64,000 nt of DNA, taken from positions 92,382,001 through 92,446,000 of the forward strand of contig NC_045696.1 of assembly GCF_009834535.1 (NCBI RefSeq), in the 5' to 3' direction. How positions within the stretch are numbered: position 1 is the first letter of the stretch; each line of letters opens with the position of its first letter. The DNA is from Camelus ferus. Taxonomy: Eukaryota. The translations under genes were made by a program, and so were the position numbers. The notes below the pieces were generated by a model. It worked only from the letters and a program-made list of their open reading frames with translations, was not told where the DNA came from and ran no database searches. This document shows positions 12,440-25,000 of the stretch, piece by piece.

Positions 12440-14710
12440 GAAATGAAAGGAATTTTGGTGTAATAATAAAATTATTGATTTATACAGTGTTATATCTTTT
12501 AACACTGGGGGATTATAAAATATAAAGATATACATAGTATATATATTTATATACTTACATATATAAAATAATACATATAGTACTATTACATGGTATATAA
12601 TAGTATATATAATATATGCATATGTATGTACATGTATGTGACAGTACAAAAGATGGAGAATGAATGGAACATGAAACTATACTGGAGCAAAATTTCTACC
12701 TTTTAACTTTTATAAAAAGTTAATTTTATTCTGAAGTAAATTGTTAAAAGTTAAAGCATATATTGTAATCATTAAAGCAATCAGTAAGAAAATAACTGAA
12801 AGAAATAGTTCTTAAAAATCAAAGGAATTAAAACATTTATATAACAGAAAGGAAATCAACAAAAAAGTACTAGAAATACTAAATGAATTTAACAAGGTCA
12901 CAGAACATAAGATCAATATACATAAATCTATTTTATTTCTATAAACTAGCAATGAACTATAAACTAGAATGAATGCAAAATTGAGAAAAAAAATTTATTT
13001 CCAATATCAGAGAGAATTAAAAAGTTAGAAATAAATTTAACAAAAGTACAAGTCTTGTATACTGAATATTATAATATTGCTGAGAAATCAAACATCTAAA
13101 TAATGTTCATGTTCATCATCATCCCAAGATGGCAATTCTCCCCAAACTGAAATTCAATAAAATCCCTGTAAAAAATCTCAGATTTCCTGTAAAAAATGAC
13201 AAGCTTATCCTAAAATTTATATAGAAATGCAGAAAACTTAAGTAGCCAAACATTTTGAATAAGAAGAGCTACATTAGGGGACTTACAGTATCTGACTTCA
13301 AAACTTACTATGAAGCTACAGTAATCACAAGAGTGTGATATTGGCAAAGAATAGGCATACAGATTAACAAAAGAGAACTTAGAGTTCAGAAGTAAGCCCT
13401 TACACTTATGGTCGATTGATTTTCAACAACTGTGTCCAAAACAATTCAATTGAGAAAGGACAGTCTTTTCAAAAAATGATGCTAGTACAGTTGGATATGC
13501 ACAAGCAAAAAACAGAAAAAGAACTCAGACCCTTACCTCACACCCTATACAAAAATCAACTCCAAATGGGTCATAGACCTAAATTTGAGAGTTAAAACTG
13601 AATCATCTATAAGAAAACATAGGAGAAATCTCTGTGAACTTGGGTTTGGCAAAGATATGACACCAAAAGCACAATCCATAAAAGGAAAAAATATAAATAG
13701 GACTTCCTAAAAATAAAAACCATTTCACTTAACAACATATCATTAGGTAATGTAAAGATAAGCCATTGACTGATTTAAAAATTTTGCAAATCATATAATC
13801 AGGATTTGTATCCAGAAAATAAAGAACGCAAATAACTGAATAGAAGGATTTACAACCCAATTTAAAAACATGGGTGAAAGATTTTAATAAACATTTCACC
13901 AAGTGAAATATGACAGATATATGAAAGGCTAACCAGCACATGAAAACAAGCTCAATCTCATTAGTCATTAAGGAAACGCACAAAAAACCCCACAATGAGA
14001 CACTCCTATACAGCCACTAGAATGGCTATCATATTTTTAAAGCTATATAATACCAAGAGTTAGTGATATGTGGAGAAACTGGAACCCTCGTGCATTCCTG
14101 GTGAGAATGTCAAATGGTACAGTCACTATGGAAAAAAGTTTGGTAGTTTCATAAACAGTTAAGCACAAATTTACCATATGACCAAGGAGTTCTACTTTTA
14201 GGTATGAAAACATATGGCCACATAGAGACATGAACATGAATGTTCCTAAGAGCGTTATTCATAATAACTGAAACCAGAAAATGATCCAAATGTCCATCAA
14301 ATGGTAAGTGGATAAACAAAATGTGTTGTATTTATGTAATTCTATTCAGCAATCACAAGGGACTACTGATAAGTGCAATAACCTAAATCAACCTCAAAAA
14401 CATGAAGATAAGTGAAAGAAGCTAGACAAAAAGGCTACACATCATGAAATTCTATTTTTATGACAGGTCTAGAAAGGCACATTTATAGAGACAAAACAGA
14501 TCAGTGGTTGCCTGGGACTGGGAATGGGAACAGGGATTAACTACAAATAGGCACGAAAAAAATTTTTAGGTTATGGGAATGTTCTAAAGCTGAATTTTTA
14601 TTATGTACAATTTTACAAATTCACTGAAATTATTGAGTAAAATGATTTATTTTGTTTGAATTATATGGTATACAAATTATATTTCAATAAAGCTGTTAAA
14701 AAACAAAAAA
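12440..14710 (+). mobile_element. Old L1 (L1MB-like ORF2 3' part and 3' UTR, preceded by a further old L1 fragment)
   Basis: Decayed ORF2 text (AAATGAATTTAACAAGGTCACAG, CTGACTTCAAAACTTACTATGAAGCTACAGTAATC, CCTTACCTCACACCCTATACAAAAATCAACTC) and L1MB-type 3' UTR (AGATCAGTGGTTGCCTGGGACTGGG...TTTCAATAAAGCTGTTAAA). Confidence 0.88.
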
Positions 14711-15889
14711 ACAAAGCCTGACTTTGCTGAGAGAGGTGTGTTTCTTTTAGGCTCCAGACTTCCCTTTCTATATCAAAGGCAAAAATTGGAGGTCAGAACA
14801 CTGAACTTATTACAAGTCATAGTAGTCAGAGGTCAGAGGTCTGGGAAGTCTCTGAGAAGAGTTTCAAGCAGGATCAGGAAAACAGTGAGTTTAGTTGCTG
14901 TGGGGTTCTGCAGAAGAGTGCGCTTCCTCCATCCCAGGGCTGAGATACTGGTAACCCTCCCTACGTTGAAGGAGAGTCCAAAGCATCCCAAAGAAGTCCC
15001 ACATGGGGCATGGCCCTGGGCCTGGAGCGGCATGCAGGGATGGCAGAGCAGCAGCGGTGGAGGCTGGGGCCAGAGGCAGCCTCACAGAGACACCCACGTT
15101 GTAGAAAGAGGCAACAAGATAACCAAGGATCATCAGGGCCTTCAGGGCAAACAGGAGGTCACAGAGCACAGAGCTGCAAACCCAGACAGTGCAAGGTTTG
15201 CAGTCAGAGACGCGGGGTGCAGCACAATGCTTCCCAGAGACCCGGTCAGACAGCTCTGAGACACACAGGCAACAGGTGGTCAAGGGACAATTCAGAGGAG
15301 AGCAGTAGGAACCTGGAGAATGGCATGAAGACCAGCTCTAAACTAGCTAAATGTTTACCCAAAGCTCTTATTTGGGAAATGGATGAGCTACCTTAAATTT
15401 TCAGGCCTCTTCCTGCCCTTAGCAGACCTAGGGGCTTTAGAACCAGACAAGGACAGTGTAAAAACTACTTTTTTCTGACCATTGATGGACATTCACAGGA
15501 TGTGAAAGGCTCCCAGTGAGCCGGGGTCTGATCCTGACCTCGAGCCTCCTGGGCTGACCTGCCAAGGAGACCATTCTATGTCCCACTGTGGCCAACTCTT
15601 CTGGGTTTAAAGGGACCTCACTTTATCAGATTAGGTTGTCTCCTTGCCTATCAGAGGCTGACTCACGTCTTCTTAAAGGCGGAGAAGCAGCAGAGGCTGA
15701 GCAGATGGACAAGTTGCCAGAGACAAAGGCTGGGGCACTATCTTCTTGTCCCTGAAATCTTCTCACTCGGAGCCTTAGGCAAACCCTGTAGCAGCAGGAG
15801 CCCCAGGCGGGGTGTTGAAGCGGTTTGCTCCTGCAGTGAGCACATCTGAGTCACTAGATCCCAAGAGGTGCTTTGGTTTCCATCCGCAG

Positions 15890-16200
15890 GTGTTTCTAGG
15901 TTCATTTACAGATCAATTAAGCCATTTGCAACTATTTAAGTGACATTTGGAAGTGAGATATCGTTAAACAATAACCAATTGGAAGCAGAGTCATTCCATT
16001 TCCCGCTAGTCAGACTGGATTGTCTGTATGAATGGCTGTTCCACATGCAGAGAGGGATTTGCCATCCCACAGCTAACACTATTATTCAGGCCCAGTGCTC
16101 GCTCGCTCAGCAGCACTCAGCCGCAGGACACATTATTTATAGCAGTATGGTTGTTTGTTAGCAAAGCTTTCACGTGGGGCAAGGGGAGAGGATATTTGGA
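15890..16200. promoter_or_regulatory. Candidate enhancer (non-repeat motif cluster)
   Basis: MEF2 consensus TTATTTATAG at 16133-16142, TEAD/MCAT CATTCCA at 15992-15998, E-box CACGTG at 16171-16176, FOX-like TGTTTGTT, and several retained CpGs. Confidence 0.35.
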
Positions 16201-16699
16201 TTCCTAATGTTTTTGGCTTGGGTTTTGGTTTTTTTTTTTAATTGAGTAGGAGTGAGTTATTTAATGTTACATGTAGGTAAATGAGAAAATATGTTCCTTC
16301 CAGCAATGATTGCCTGATTTTCATTTCCCTGTAATCATTCTTAATTGTCAACTGTCTTCTGAATTCAAAAGGCTGTCATGTGGAGCAGGGAGGACATTAG
16401 GGAACATTGTTCCGGTAGGACAGAAGCAGGACGGAGAAGTGGCAGTGGGCAGGTCGGGGCACAGGGGAAGGAAGGACTGACAAGGTGGGCCGTTCAGTGC
16501 ACATCAAGCTGCCCACCTGGAGATCTAGTAAGCTTGCCGTCATTGCAAGTACTTCCATTGTGACCACAGGACCGGATGTCAGCACTTGACAGAGAAAAAA
16601 GAGGATTTACTTCTCAGATTGGTAGCCATGTTCATGGGTTCTTTCAGGGGTTAAGAAACTGCAATGCGCTTCCATGATGTGGGTTTGTTCTTTTGGCAA

Positions 16700-16990
16700 G
16701 TCCAGCATCCCTTCTCTTTTCTTCTGATCACAGCATCCTCTGTTTCCAGTGGGACAGACCCCACTCCCAGGCTCTTGGTGTGGGCAGGTGACCTGGCCCC
16801 GACAATGAGACAGTAACATCACCCAAGTCACAGCGATTGACTCAGGATGGCCATGTGACCCTGCAGTTCAAGAATACTCAAAACTTGGACTTCTACTGGA
16901 AAAGAGAAACTTTCTTCTGGATATGTAGCTAATTAAGCCTAAAGCCATCTAGGGCTATTCTAAGGAAAGGACCTGCCAGGGCATGAACTG
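16700..16990 (+). mobile_element. ERVL LTR fragment (LTR16-like)
   Basis: CCCACTCCCAGGCTC...GGCAGGTGACCTGGCC...CACAGCGATTGACTCAGGATGGCCATGTGACC resembles LTR16 family text. Confidence 0.55.
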
Positions 16991-17273
16991 GAAGGTCAAC
17001 AGAGAGATCATATTCTCTAGAGGCCCACCTCCAGCAGCCTCCCTCAGCAGGCAGCGTCTGCTCTTTCCTGCGCCATGCTATGGTGACTCAGCTACTTGGT
17101 CTCTGCTCCCACGGCTGCTGGAACTACAGGCTGACTAATTATAAACCCCATATTCAAATTCCCTGAGAAAAAGAACCTGACCGCACCAGCTAGTCACAAT
17201 CCATGTGATGCACCCAGGCCAAGCACGGCTCTCACACTCCGCCACCATGGGATGCTGTCTTCATGGCAGGCAC

Positions 17274-17455
17274 TGTTACGGACTGAATGTTTGTGCCCTG
17301 ACCCGTGAAATCCACATGTTAACACTCTAACAGCCAGTGTGATGGTATCTGAAGGTAGGGCCTTTGGGAGGTAATTAGGTTTAGATGAGGCCATGAGGAT
17401 GGGGTCCCTGTGATGGGGTTAGCGTCCTTATAAGAAGAGGAAGAGACTAGAGCTT
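17274..17455 (+). mobile_element. MLT1A-like LTR, 5' half
   Basis: TGTTACGGACTGAATGTTTGTGCCC...GTGATGGTATCTGAAGGTAGGGCCTTTGGGAGGTAATTAGGTTTAGATGAGG...CCTTATAAGAAGAGG. Confidence 0.88.
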
Positions 17456-17794
17456 CGAACTTTTTTTTTCTGTAAGGATGTTGTAGATGTGGAAGCTATA
17501 AAATGCAGTTCTAGGTGTGGACCAGATCCCTCCCCAAACAAAGGCTGAGGTCCTTTCTAATTTTAGGTTTCTACAATTCCTTTTTTTTTTTTTTTAAATT
17601 CTCTTTCAGTTGCTTTGTTTGGATTTTTAAAGGAAGTTTCCAAGTGGAGAGCTTCATGCATTCTGCTCCATCCCTCACCCACTACCCAATATCTGTCCCA
17701 CTAAGGGCTTGGGCACCCGATTTTGACAAGGGGAAGGAGATTCAAAAATGAAACCAAATCTGGAACACCCAGGCTAGTCTGATATGACACGGCA

Positions 17795-18223
17795 ATTCAG
17801 TCAGGTCCAGCAGGAAAAGGACGGTACACTCACAGGTCACCTGAGGAGAGTCTACTACAGAGACTCCGGGAGTATAGCCCTAGCCCATGGTGCTTCCGGC
17901 TGAGTAACAGCTGGGTCTGTTACCACCCCTTGGCCTGAAGGGGTAATTAGAAGGAATGGTTACAAGAAACTAGAGACAGAGGGAGCTGAGTGAGGGCCAC
18001 CTTGCAGAATCTGTGACCCTAACTCAGGATAGAGAAAGATGGCTAGCCCACGGGAAGGAGCTCAGGGAATAAATATCTCTCGCCCCCAATCTCCTGCCAA
18101 TTGGCTGAACCCAACTGGACACCAGAGGCTACAGGAGCAGACAGCAGCCTCCTAGGGGTACAAAGTGGAGTAGAAAAGGGTAGGGCATGGCCATGGAGCG
18201 GTAAATGGAAATTATTCAACACA
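17795..18223 (-). mobile_element. ERVL LTR, LTR33-like
   Basis: Ends GGAGCGGTAAATGGAAATTATTCAACACA (reverse complement of the LTR33-type start). ATTGGCTGAACCCAACTGGA inside. Same family as 53748-54178. Confidence 0.65.
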
Positions 18224-18883
18224 CATTTGGGGGCAAAATGTACCTAAGCTACATTTTCCTTCAGGTATGTAAAAATATCAATACATCACAGCCCACTGAT
18301 AGTCTTTACTGCAGCAGTCTGATCTGGTCCTGCTTTTGGCAGAGAACAAAGACAATGCCTGACCAGATAATGAGCATCCACTCCTGTCGGTGGAGCTACC
18401 TTTCCCTGTCTGAGGGTACCACAAAATGCCAAACTACCTCCTCCACTAAGTGCACAGAGACCTTGGAGAGGGAGGACAGTCTTGAGTGGTCTGTTTAAAG
18501 TGGCACAAGCCATGATGGCTGCATTGCATCATCCTTCAGGCATTTTCTAAGAGATAGTTGAATAGAATACTTCCATTCTTCCATTACATGCCTAATTTTA
18601 ATCAAAATGTGAAGAAATATTATGTTTGAAAAGTAGGAAGTGAAAAATACTGAAAAGAAAGGTCAAGTTTCTGGGAGCATGGCTTTGCATTTGAGATTAA
18701 AACAGGAATACAATTGGTACTGGAAACATAATGCATTTTCATTTTTTAACTTCAAATTAATCCATCAAAACCTACAGACATAAACAAATTCACTAAAATT
18801 ATTCAAACTCAATAGTCCAACTAAGGCTTCTCTTTGTCTACCTTTGTCTAGGGAGAATCTAATTTGGGAGTCATATTACTCTC

Positions 18884-19440
18884 CCATTTATTAAACAAAT
18901 ATTTACTGAATTCTACCCCATGCTGGGCACTGTTCTAGGGGCTGGGAACAGAAGGAATATTCTGAGATAAATAAGAGATCTGTCTTTCATTTAAGCAGTT
19001 TAAATTCTAGTAAGATAGACAGAAAAACAGCCAACCACAATACAAGGCAGAATAAAATACATGCTAAAAGAGGCTCAGGTAATTCTGAAGGGTGTGCCAA
19101 ACAGAGATTCATTCTGACTGTGATAAATCAGAGAAGGCTGCATGAAGGAGGTGATGTTGGCTCTGGACTTTGAAAAATGAGCAAGATACTGTTAGAAGGC
19201 ACAGAAGCCCACTATTAGACAGATTAAGACAAGGGCACCTCCAGTTAGGGTCAAGTGTGAACAGAGACATGGAAGCATGATGTAGACTAGAGGGGATAGT
19301 GAGGTCCAGTTGGATGGGGTGATGAAAGAGGCTGTCAAAGGGAGATGGAGCAGGATAGAGGTTTGGGGTCAAATCATGGAGAATCTTAAATACCAGCTTA
19401 CTTAACTCTATTCAGGAGGTAATAGGGACTCTGATGGGTG
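18884..19440 (-). mobile_element. L2 3' end
   Basis: CATTTATTAAACAAATATTTACTGAATTCTACCCATGCTGGGCACTGTTCTAGGGGCTGGG followed by AGAAGGCTGCATGAAGGAGGTGATG. Confidence 0.8.
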
Positions 19441-19699
19441 CCGTGTCTGGTCAGGATGACTATTACATATATTTTTTGTGGATTTATCTTGAGCATCACC
19501 ATCTATAGCTACTCTATCTCACTGCCTCGTATCTGTGCCCAATTTGTTTCTGTGACTGTGAAACCTATAGTGCATTCATCCCTAATGCACCACATTAAAT
19601 CCCTTCCACCAATGATACTAATGGCCTCAAACTGTAAATAAAATTTGGCTCACAGCACCCTCGTGGATAATGGAAATAGTTCAATACCAACCAGACGAA

Positions 19700-19960
19700 G
19701 GAGCTAGAATGAAAGTGGTTTGTTAGAACAAAGTGGCCTATAAATAGTCATACCGGGGCAGATAGGCCACCGTTGCTAAAAGGCCTTCCAACTAATCGGC
19801 GGAATGTTCCACAAATCAGTGCGTGTACAGAGAGGGGGCCCACACAGTCAACTCGGCAGGGGAAACAGAGGGAGCCTGCTAATTAATCTCCGTGTCCTGC
19901 CATCGTGACTCACAGCAGTTGCCTTTCTACCAGGGCAATTGGTATTAAAAATGAAAAGAA
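19700..19960. promoter_or_regulatory. Candidate enhancer (MEF2/GATA/TEAD/AP-1 cluster)
   Basis: Perfect MEF2 site CTATAAATAG at 19738-19747, AGATAG near 19760, GGAATG at 19801-19806, TAATTA at 19880-19885, TGACTCA at 19906-19912. Locally CpG-retaining and not recognisably repeat-derived. Confidence 0.45.
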
Positions 19961-20689
19961 AAAATCCGTCTGCATCCATTATAGGCTACATTACCTATCC
20001 CCAAAGGCCAAATCAGGAAATGCTTTGGATTTGGATGTTCCAGAAGACTGGGGGACGAAAAGGAGTTTGTGGGAAATCAGATCCACCATTGCCAAGTTAC
20101 CTCTCGAACTGAGATGGAAAGGAAGCCAAAGGCCCCAGCCCAGCTCTTAGCAACTAATGCTGCACCTGCTTTAGGGTTCAGTTAAGAAAACAGAGCCAAC
20201 TGAAAGGTCACATTTTCCGTGGGAGCCTTTGTAACGAAATATCAAATACTAGGAAGCCCTTCTGAGGAGTCCACACTGAGACTTCACATAAGCCTGGGAA
20301 GAATAGCAAACAGTCCTTGATACAAAGGGGCTGAGCTCTGCAAACACTGCTCTTAGTCTGAGCAGTGGCCACTGAGTAGCTCTGAATACAACTCTGGGGA
20401 CCCTCTTTGCTTTAATGCAGATGAGCCAAGTAGTATCCAAATAGCCACTCTCAACCACACCAGGAAACTGCTCTCCTTGAGACACAGAGCATTTGGCAAG
20501 GAATCTGCTGGAGTGAACAAACAGCCCCATCCCCGCAGCCAGTGCCTGGCCTTGAGCTGACATCAGTGTATCATCCAGTTCTGGGTTGACTGAGGTAAGG
20601 TCCACTAAGGACAGGCAGCAAAATAAAGCCTCACCCAGCCAGAATATTCCAAATAAATTCTTCACAGAATCTATTTAGTGCCTCCTTGC

Positions 20690-20782
20690 TTTTTTTTTTA
20701 ATTGAAGTTTAATTGATTTACAACATTGTGTTAGTTTCTGGTGTAGAGCAAAGTGATTCAGTTATACGTATATATGTATGTG

Positions 20783-20835
<53 letters not shown>

Positions 20836-21186
20836 GTATTCTTTTTCATTATAGGTTTTTACAAGCTATTGAATATATTTCCATGTGCTATATAGGTGGT
20901 CCTTGTTGTTTACCTATTTTGTATATAGTAGTTTATATCTGTTAATCCCAAACTCCTAATTTATCCTCTCCCCTCCTTTCCCCTTTGGTAACCATAAGTA
21001 TGTTTTCTATGTCTGTAAGTCTTTTTCTGTTTTGTAAATAAGTTCATTTGTGTCCTTTTTTTAGGTTCTACATATAAGTGACATCATATGATATTTGTCT
21101 TTCTCTGTTTGACTGACTTCACTTAGTATGATCATCTCTAGGTCCTTCCACGTTGCTGCAAATGGCATTATTTCATCTTTTATTTT
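20690..21186 (-). mobile_element. L1 3' end (older lineage subfamily)
   Basis: Poly-T, then ATTGAAGTTTAATTGATTTACAACATTGTGTTAGTTTCTGGTGTA...CACTTAGTATGATCATCTCTAGGTCCTTCCACGTTGCTGCAAATGGC. Confidence 0.92.
20769..20838. repeat. Compound (TA)n(TG)n(TA)n microsatellite inside the L1 3' UTR
   Basis: Direct reading of the sequence. Confidence 0.95.
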
Positions 21187-21366
21187 TAACATTGTATGTT
21201 TTTCAAAGTAGTAATGGCAATTATGTGTCAAGCCTCTTCATAAACAACTCTTGTTAAATGAAAATCATAAGTTCACTGGCTGCAGAAGGCACTGTACCCT
21301 TGCACATCAATGGCCAGAGGCAGGGGAAAAGGAGAACATACCTGCCTGTTTAAAGAAGCCTCAGTT

Positions 21367-21769
21367 CCATAATTTCTGCCAACTCACTGGCATTTCCTTA
21401 AACTGATTAAATCTGAAGAAAGATACTGGAAACAAACTTGTAGGCCTGGAGCTGCCTAGAGGGCTGGGGCCAGGTACAGGCATCCAGCAGTGTTCCCAGA
21501 TTATCTTAGTCTTCTTGAGAATAAGACATGCATGCTAAAACAGAGTATTTTCAGGATTTGCAGATACTAACCACCGCATATAAAATAGATAAACAACAAG
21601 GTCCCACTGTGTAACACAGGGAATTGTGTTCAATACCTTATAATAGCCAATAATAAAGAAAAGTATGAAAAGGAACATGTATAACTGAATCACTATGCTA
21701 TACACCTGAAATTAACATTGTAAACTGACTATATTTCAATATAAAAATTTTTTAAACATACTAACTAAC
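21367..21769 (+). mobile_element. TSD-flanked retroposed insert: about 185 bp non-L1 sequence plus an L1 3' end (21550-21755)
   Basis: Perfect 16-bp direct repeat TAAAGAAGCCTCAGTT at 21351-21366 and 21770-21785. L1 3' UTR text GATTTGCAGATACTAACC...GTAAACTGACTATATTTCAAT. Confidence 0.8.
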
Positions 21770-21873
21770 TAAAGAAGCCTCAGTTTCCACTCACATCTCA
21801 TGGACAGGGAATGCATCACATGCCCACACCTGATTATGCAGCCAGGGCATAAGATGCCACATTTGGCTTAGAC

Positions 21874-22040
21874 CAGTGGTTCTCAAACTTGAGTGGGTGT
21901 TAGAATCACTTAGAAGGCTTGTGAAAACAGATTGCTGGTCCCCCTACCCAGAATTCCCAATTCAGTAGTTCTGGAGTGGGGCCTAAGGACTTACATCTCT
22001 AACTGATGTCGATGCTGTGAGTTCACACATGGAGAACACA
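21874..22040. mobile_element. MER5A (hAT-Charlie non-autonomous DNA transposon)
   Basis: CAGTGGTTCTCAAACTTGAG...AGAATCACTTAGAAGGCTTGTGAAAACAGATTGCTGGTCCCC...GGAGTGGGGCC...GAGAACAC. Confidence 0.88.
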
Positions 22041-25000
22041 ACTCAGACAAATCAAGGTTCACCCTCAAGTGCAGGGAAGAAGCTAAGCCTCCCCTTAAAC
22101 ACATGGCTGCTTGGAAGAAAGAAGAAAAATCAGGGTTCCTGTAGCAAGGAAAAGGGTGGGCATATGGATGTGAAATGGCAACCATCTGAGTGTCCTGGGT
22201 TGGAAGCTGCTAAAACCTGAGCGTTTTCACAACGAGCCAACCTTTTGTGGGCTAGGTTGAGTCTGGCTTCTTGCTCTCCCAGTTAGTAGCACTTGACTCT
22301 GCTGCTCCCAGTAAGCCCAGGGCTAGAGCTGAGGCAGAGCTGATCGATGCCAAAGATGGCCAACAGCCGATCAGCACGGGGTGCAGCCCAGAGGAGCCGG
22401 TGGGAGGGCATAGTTACCCAAGCACACCTGCAAGCAGCACCAGCCATACATCTCGTTCCAGTCCAGTGTCTTGGTAGAACAACCTCCATTTTCTAAGATA
22501 ACATGATTAAAAAAAACCAAAATGATCAATTGATGATCTTGAACTCCTTTAAACTGAAATAAGCTGGAGTATATAAATAAAAGCGTGCCACAGCAACCTG
22601 CCTTTTCTGTGTCTTCTCTGTGTCTGCAACAACACACAAGTATTTAATTACAGTTATGAGCTGGGCCAAATATTACTGCTCCATCAGTGCTCTGAGAACA
22701 TAAACCATTCAATAACCTGTTAACTTGGCCTTTTCTTGGCTGTCCCTCACCAGATAAGCTTTGCTCCCTGCACAATTTTGATTCTCATTAGTTTGGGGTT
22801 TAGGCTGTGTTAGGAAGGGTGGCCTGGGGTCATTTAACCAAATTCAGACATGCAGTGACTGATGGGTGCAATTTCTTGTTCAGAAAACCCAGTAGGCAGG
22901 ACAGGAAAGCTTATAAAATGATGAGTGTTGGGAAACTGCAGCTCCTCTTCTGCCATAAATTCCCAACCAAGCTCCCGCATTGAGACAGGTGTCTTTCCTG
23001 AGTACTTAGGGGACGAGGATGGGGAGCACAGTAAGTAATACATCTTGGGCACTTAGCTTTTCACAGCCACCTATCACCAGGGCCCTGAGTATTTTTCCCC
23101 ATATATCTGAAGTGAGCCCAAAGGCACTTCTAATCTATTTGCCGATTCTGGAGAACAGTTGTTTTGAAGACAGCCTCCATAACTCCATATATTGACGGAA
23201 GAGGAAATATACTGTATGCCATACTCATATTGTCTTTCAACCCAAGGATATCAGCCTCTGGAAATAGAGTGCTGTCAAAGACAAATCCATTAGCCATGCC
23301 TTTCTCCTGTAGATTTAGGTGGAATTTGAAACAACAAAAGAATAAACAACCAAAGGATAAAAGTGTTGGCTTATCAACTGTACGCAGTATTGCTCCTCTT
23401 CCCACCCAGCGGGAAAACAGGGAGGAAAATAGACCAATAAGAAGTAAAAGACACACTTTCAGTCCAGTGATTCAGTTCTGATATGAATAAGATTAAGCAT
23501 TGTACTAGGAGACAGAGCCATATCACACTGTTTTCTGCATGGACTCATGACTCCGGCACAGAAGATGCTGATGCAAAGTGTCCTTGGGGCTGTGGCTCAA
23601 TGATGCCCTTTCCAGGGGCAGCCAGGGGCTTCTCATCTACCATGCTCAGCATGTAAGAACTTTCCATTTCCTGGGGGTCATCAGAGCCCAGGAAAAAGGC
23701 CCAACTCACCAGTAATGAGGAAGCTAGAACTGTCACCAGAGTTGGCCGGGGCAGAGAGGTATGTGGAGCAGTCAAGAAAAGATGGCAACTTCCTTCCAAA
23801 GAAGGCTGCATGAAAAATGCAAGCTCTCAGTCTCCAACACAGCTTTGACTAACAAGGATTTTGACAGACACTCAGCAGGGTTTTACCTACAATATAATTA
23901 GATCCAGCAAACTTTATAAATCTTTACAGACAGGGTTTAAAATATAGTTAGCAACCTAAATTTTAATTTCATAGGACATCTACTCTCAAAGAGCACACCT
24001 ATGGAAATTTTAGGCTCCTTCTTGCTGTTTGACTATACGTTTATATTTAATATATATGAATAAATTTTCTTCATCAATATTAATCCACCCACCGAATGGG
24101 GGTGGGGATTCTCTACTCCATCATCCTCTGAGGCCACCCATAAGTGGGAAAGGACACCCCTCCCAGGCCCAGACCCAAGGAATGTGACCAGATGGGCAAA
24201 AGCCATCAGCAATGTGGGAATACTGACAGCTACTCTATCCGGGGGCAAACATGTTTCCGTATTTCTGCCAGTATTAAAATATATGCCCAAATATTCAAAG
24301 CAATTACTGTACTCCTAGAACTTCCCTCCTTCCTTCCTCTTCCAAGGCACATACAGTTCCAGCAGAACAGATCACCTGTACTAATTTAGAAACAGTAAAT
24401 CACAAATGCAAATTAGAGGGCTTGTTACCACCCAGTTCCCCGCTCCCTGCCCCGTGAACTTATCATTTTATAGCACCTAAATTTAATCACTTATGGTTGG
24501 AAGGAAGGAATTACCAACATAAACAAATATCATCAAAGAAAATATTTGGAAATGTATCAAATTTCATTACGAATAGCTTATTCAAATATAACTATGAAAA
24601 GGTTGAGTAATATTTATTTTGGGCAACTCTATGTTAGAGAGGCAATGACCCCCTTGTGTACAACTGTCTAAGTTGGAAGTTTGAGCCTAAGAGATGGGAC
24701 TGGGTTTGGAGAGACAGACAAGCCTCACCTCTGAGTGGGTCAGAGGCCTCGTGATGTCGGGGGGAGTCAGAACGAGGCAGCAGCTGCAGGTGGGTTCTGA
24801 GGAGAGAGCGAGCTCAGAACCAGGCAGACCTCAGCCAAGACTCAGCTGCCGTGCCATCAAGAAGAGAGTACAGATCACCAGGCGACCAAACGAGACACAC
24901 CAAGAGAGCCGAGAAATGTGAGCCAGGAAACAGGGAGGCCCAGACGGTGCCCAGAGAGGCCCCCACGGCCTGTCCCCCAGGGCTGCTCCCACCTGTCTGT

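Larger units (their letters stand above)
21260..22185 (-). mobile_element. Old MaLR LTR (MLT1K-like), interrupted by two insertions
   Basis: TCCACTCACATCTCATGGACAGG...CACATGCCCACACC and AAAATCAGGGTTCCTGTAGCAAGGAAAAGGG...GGCAACCA. Interrupted by the 21367-21769 insert and the MER5A. Confidence 0.6.

Noticed and set aside
14738..15396. Overlapping 128-173 aa ORFs on both strands
   Set aside because: No protein resemblance and no poly-A or TSD indicating a retrogene. Likely decayed repeat or neutral sequence.
16095..16116. GTGCTCGCTCGCTCAGCAGCAC resembling the U6 snRNA 5' end
   Set aside because: The similarity stops after about 20 nt with gaps, and there is no downstream U6 sequence, A-tail or TSD.
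23225..23306. Minus-strand exon (acceptor CTACAG|GAG, peptide EKGMANGFVFDSTLFPEADILGLKDNM)
   Set aside because: The donor TGA|GTATGG is weak, the peptide is unrecognised, and the frame is incompatible with the 43.8-kb ORF.
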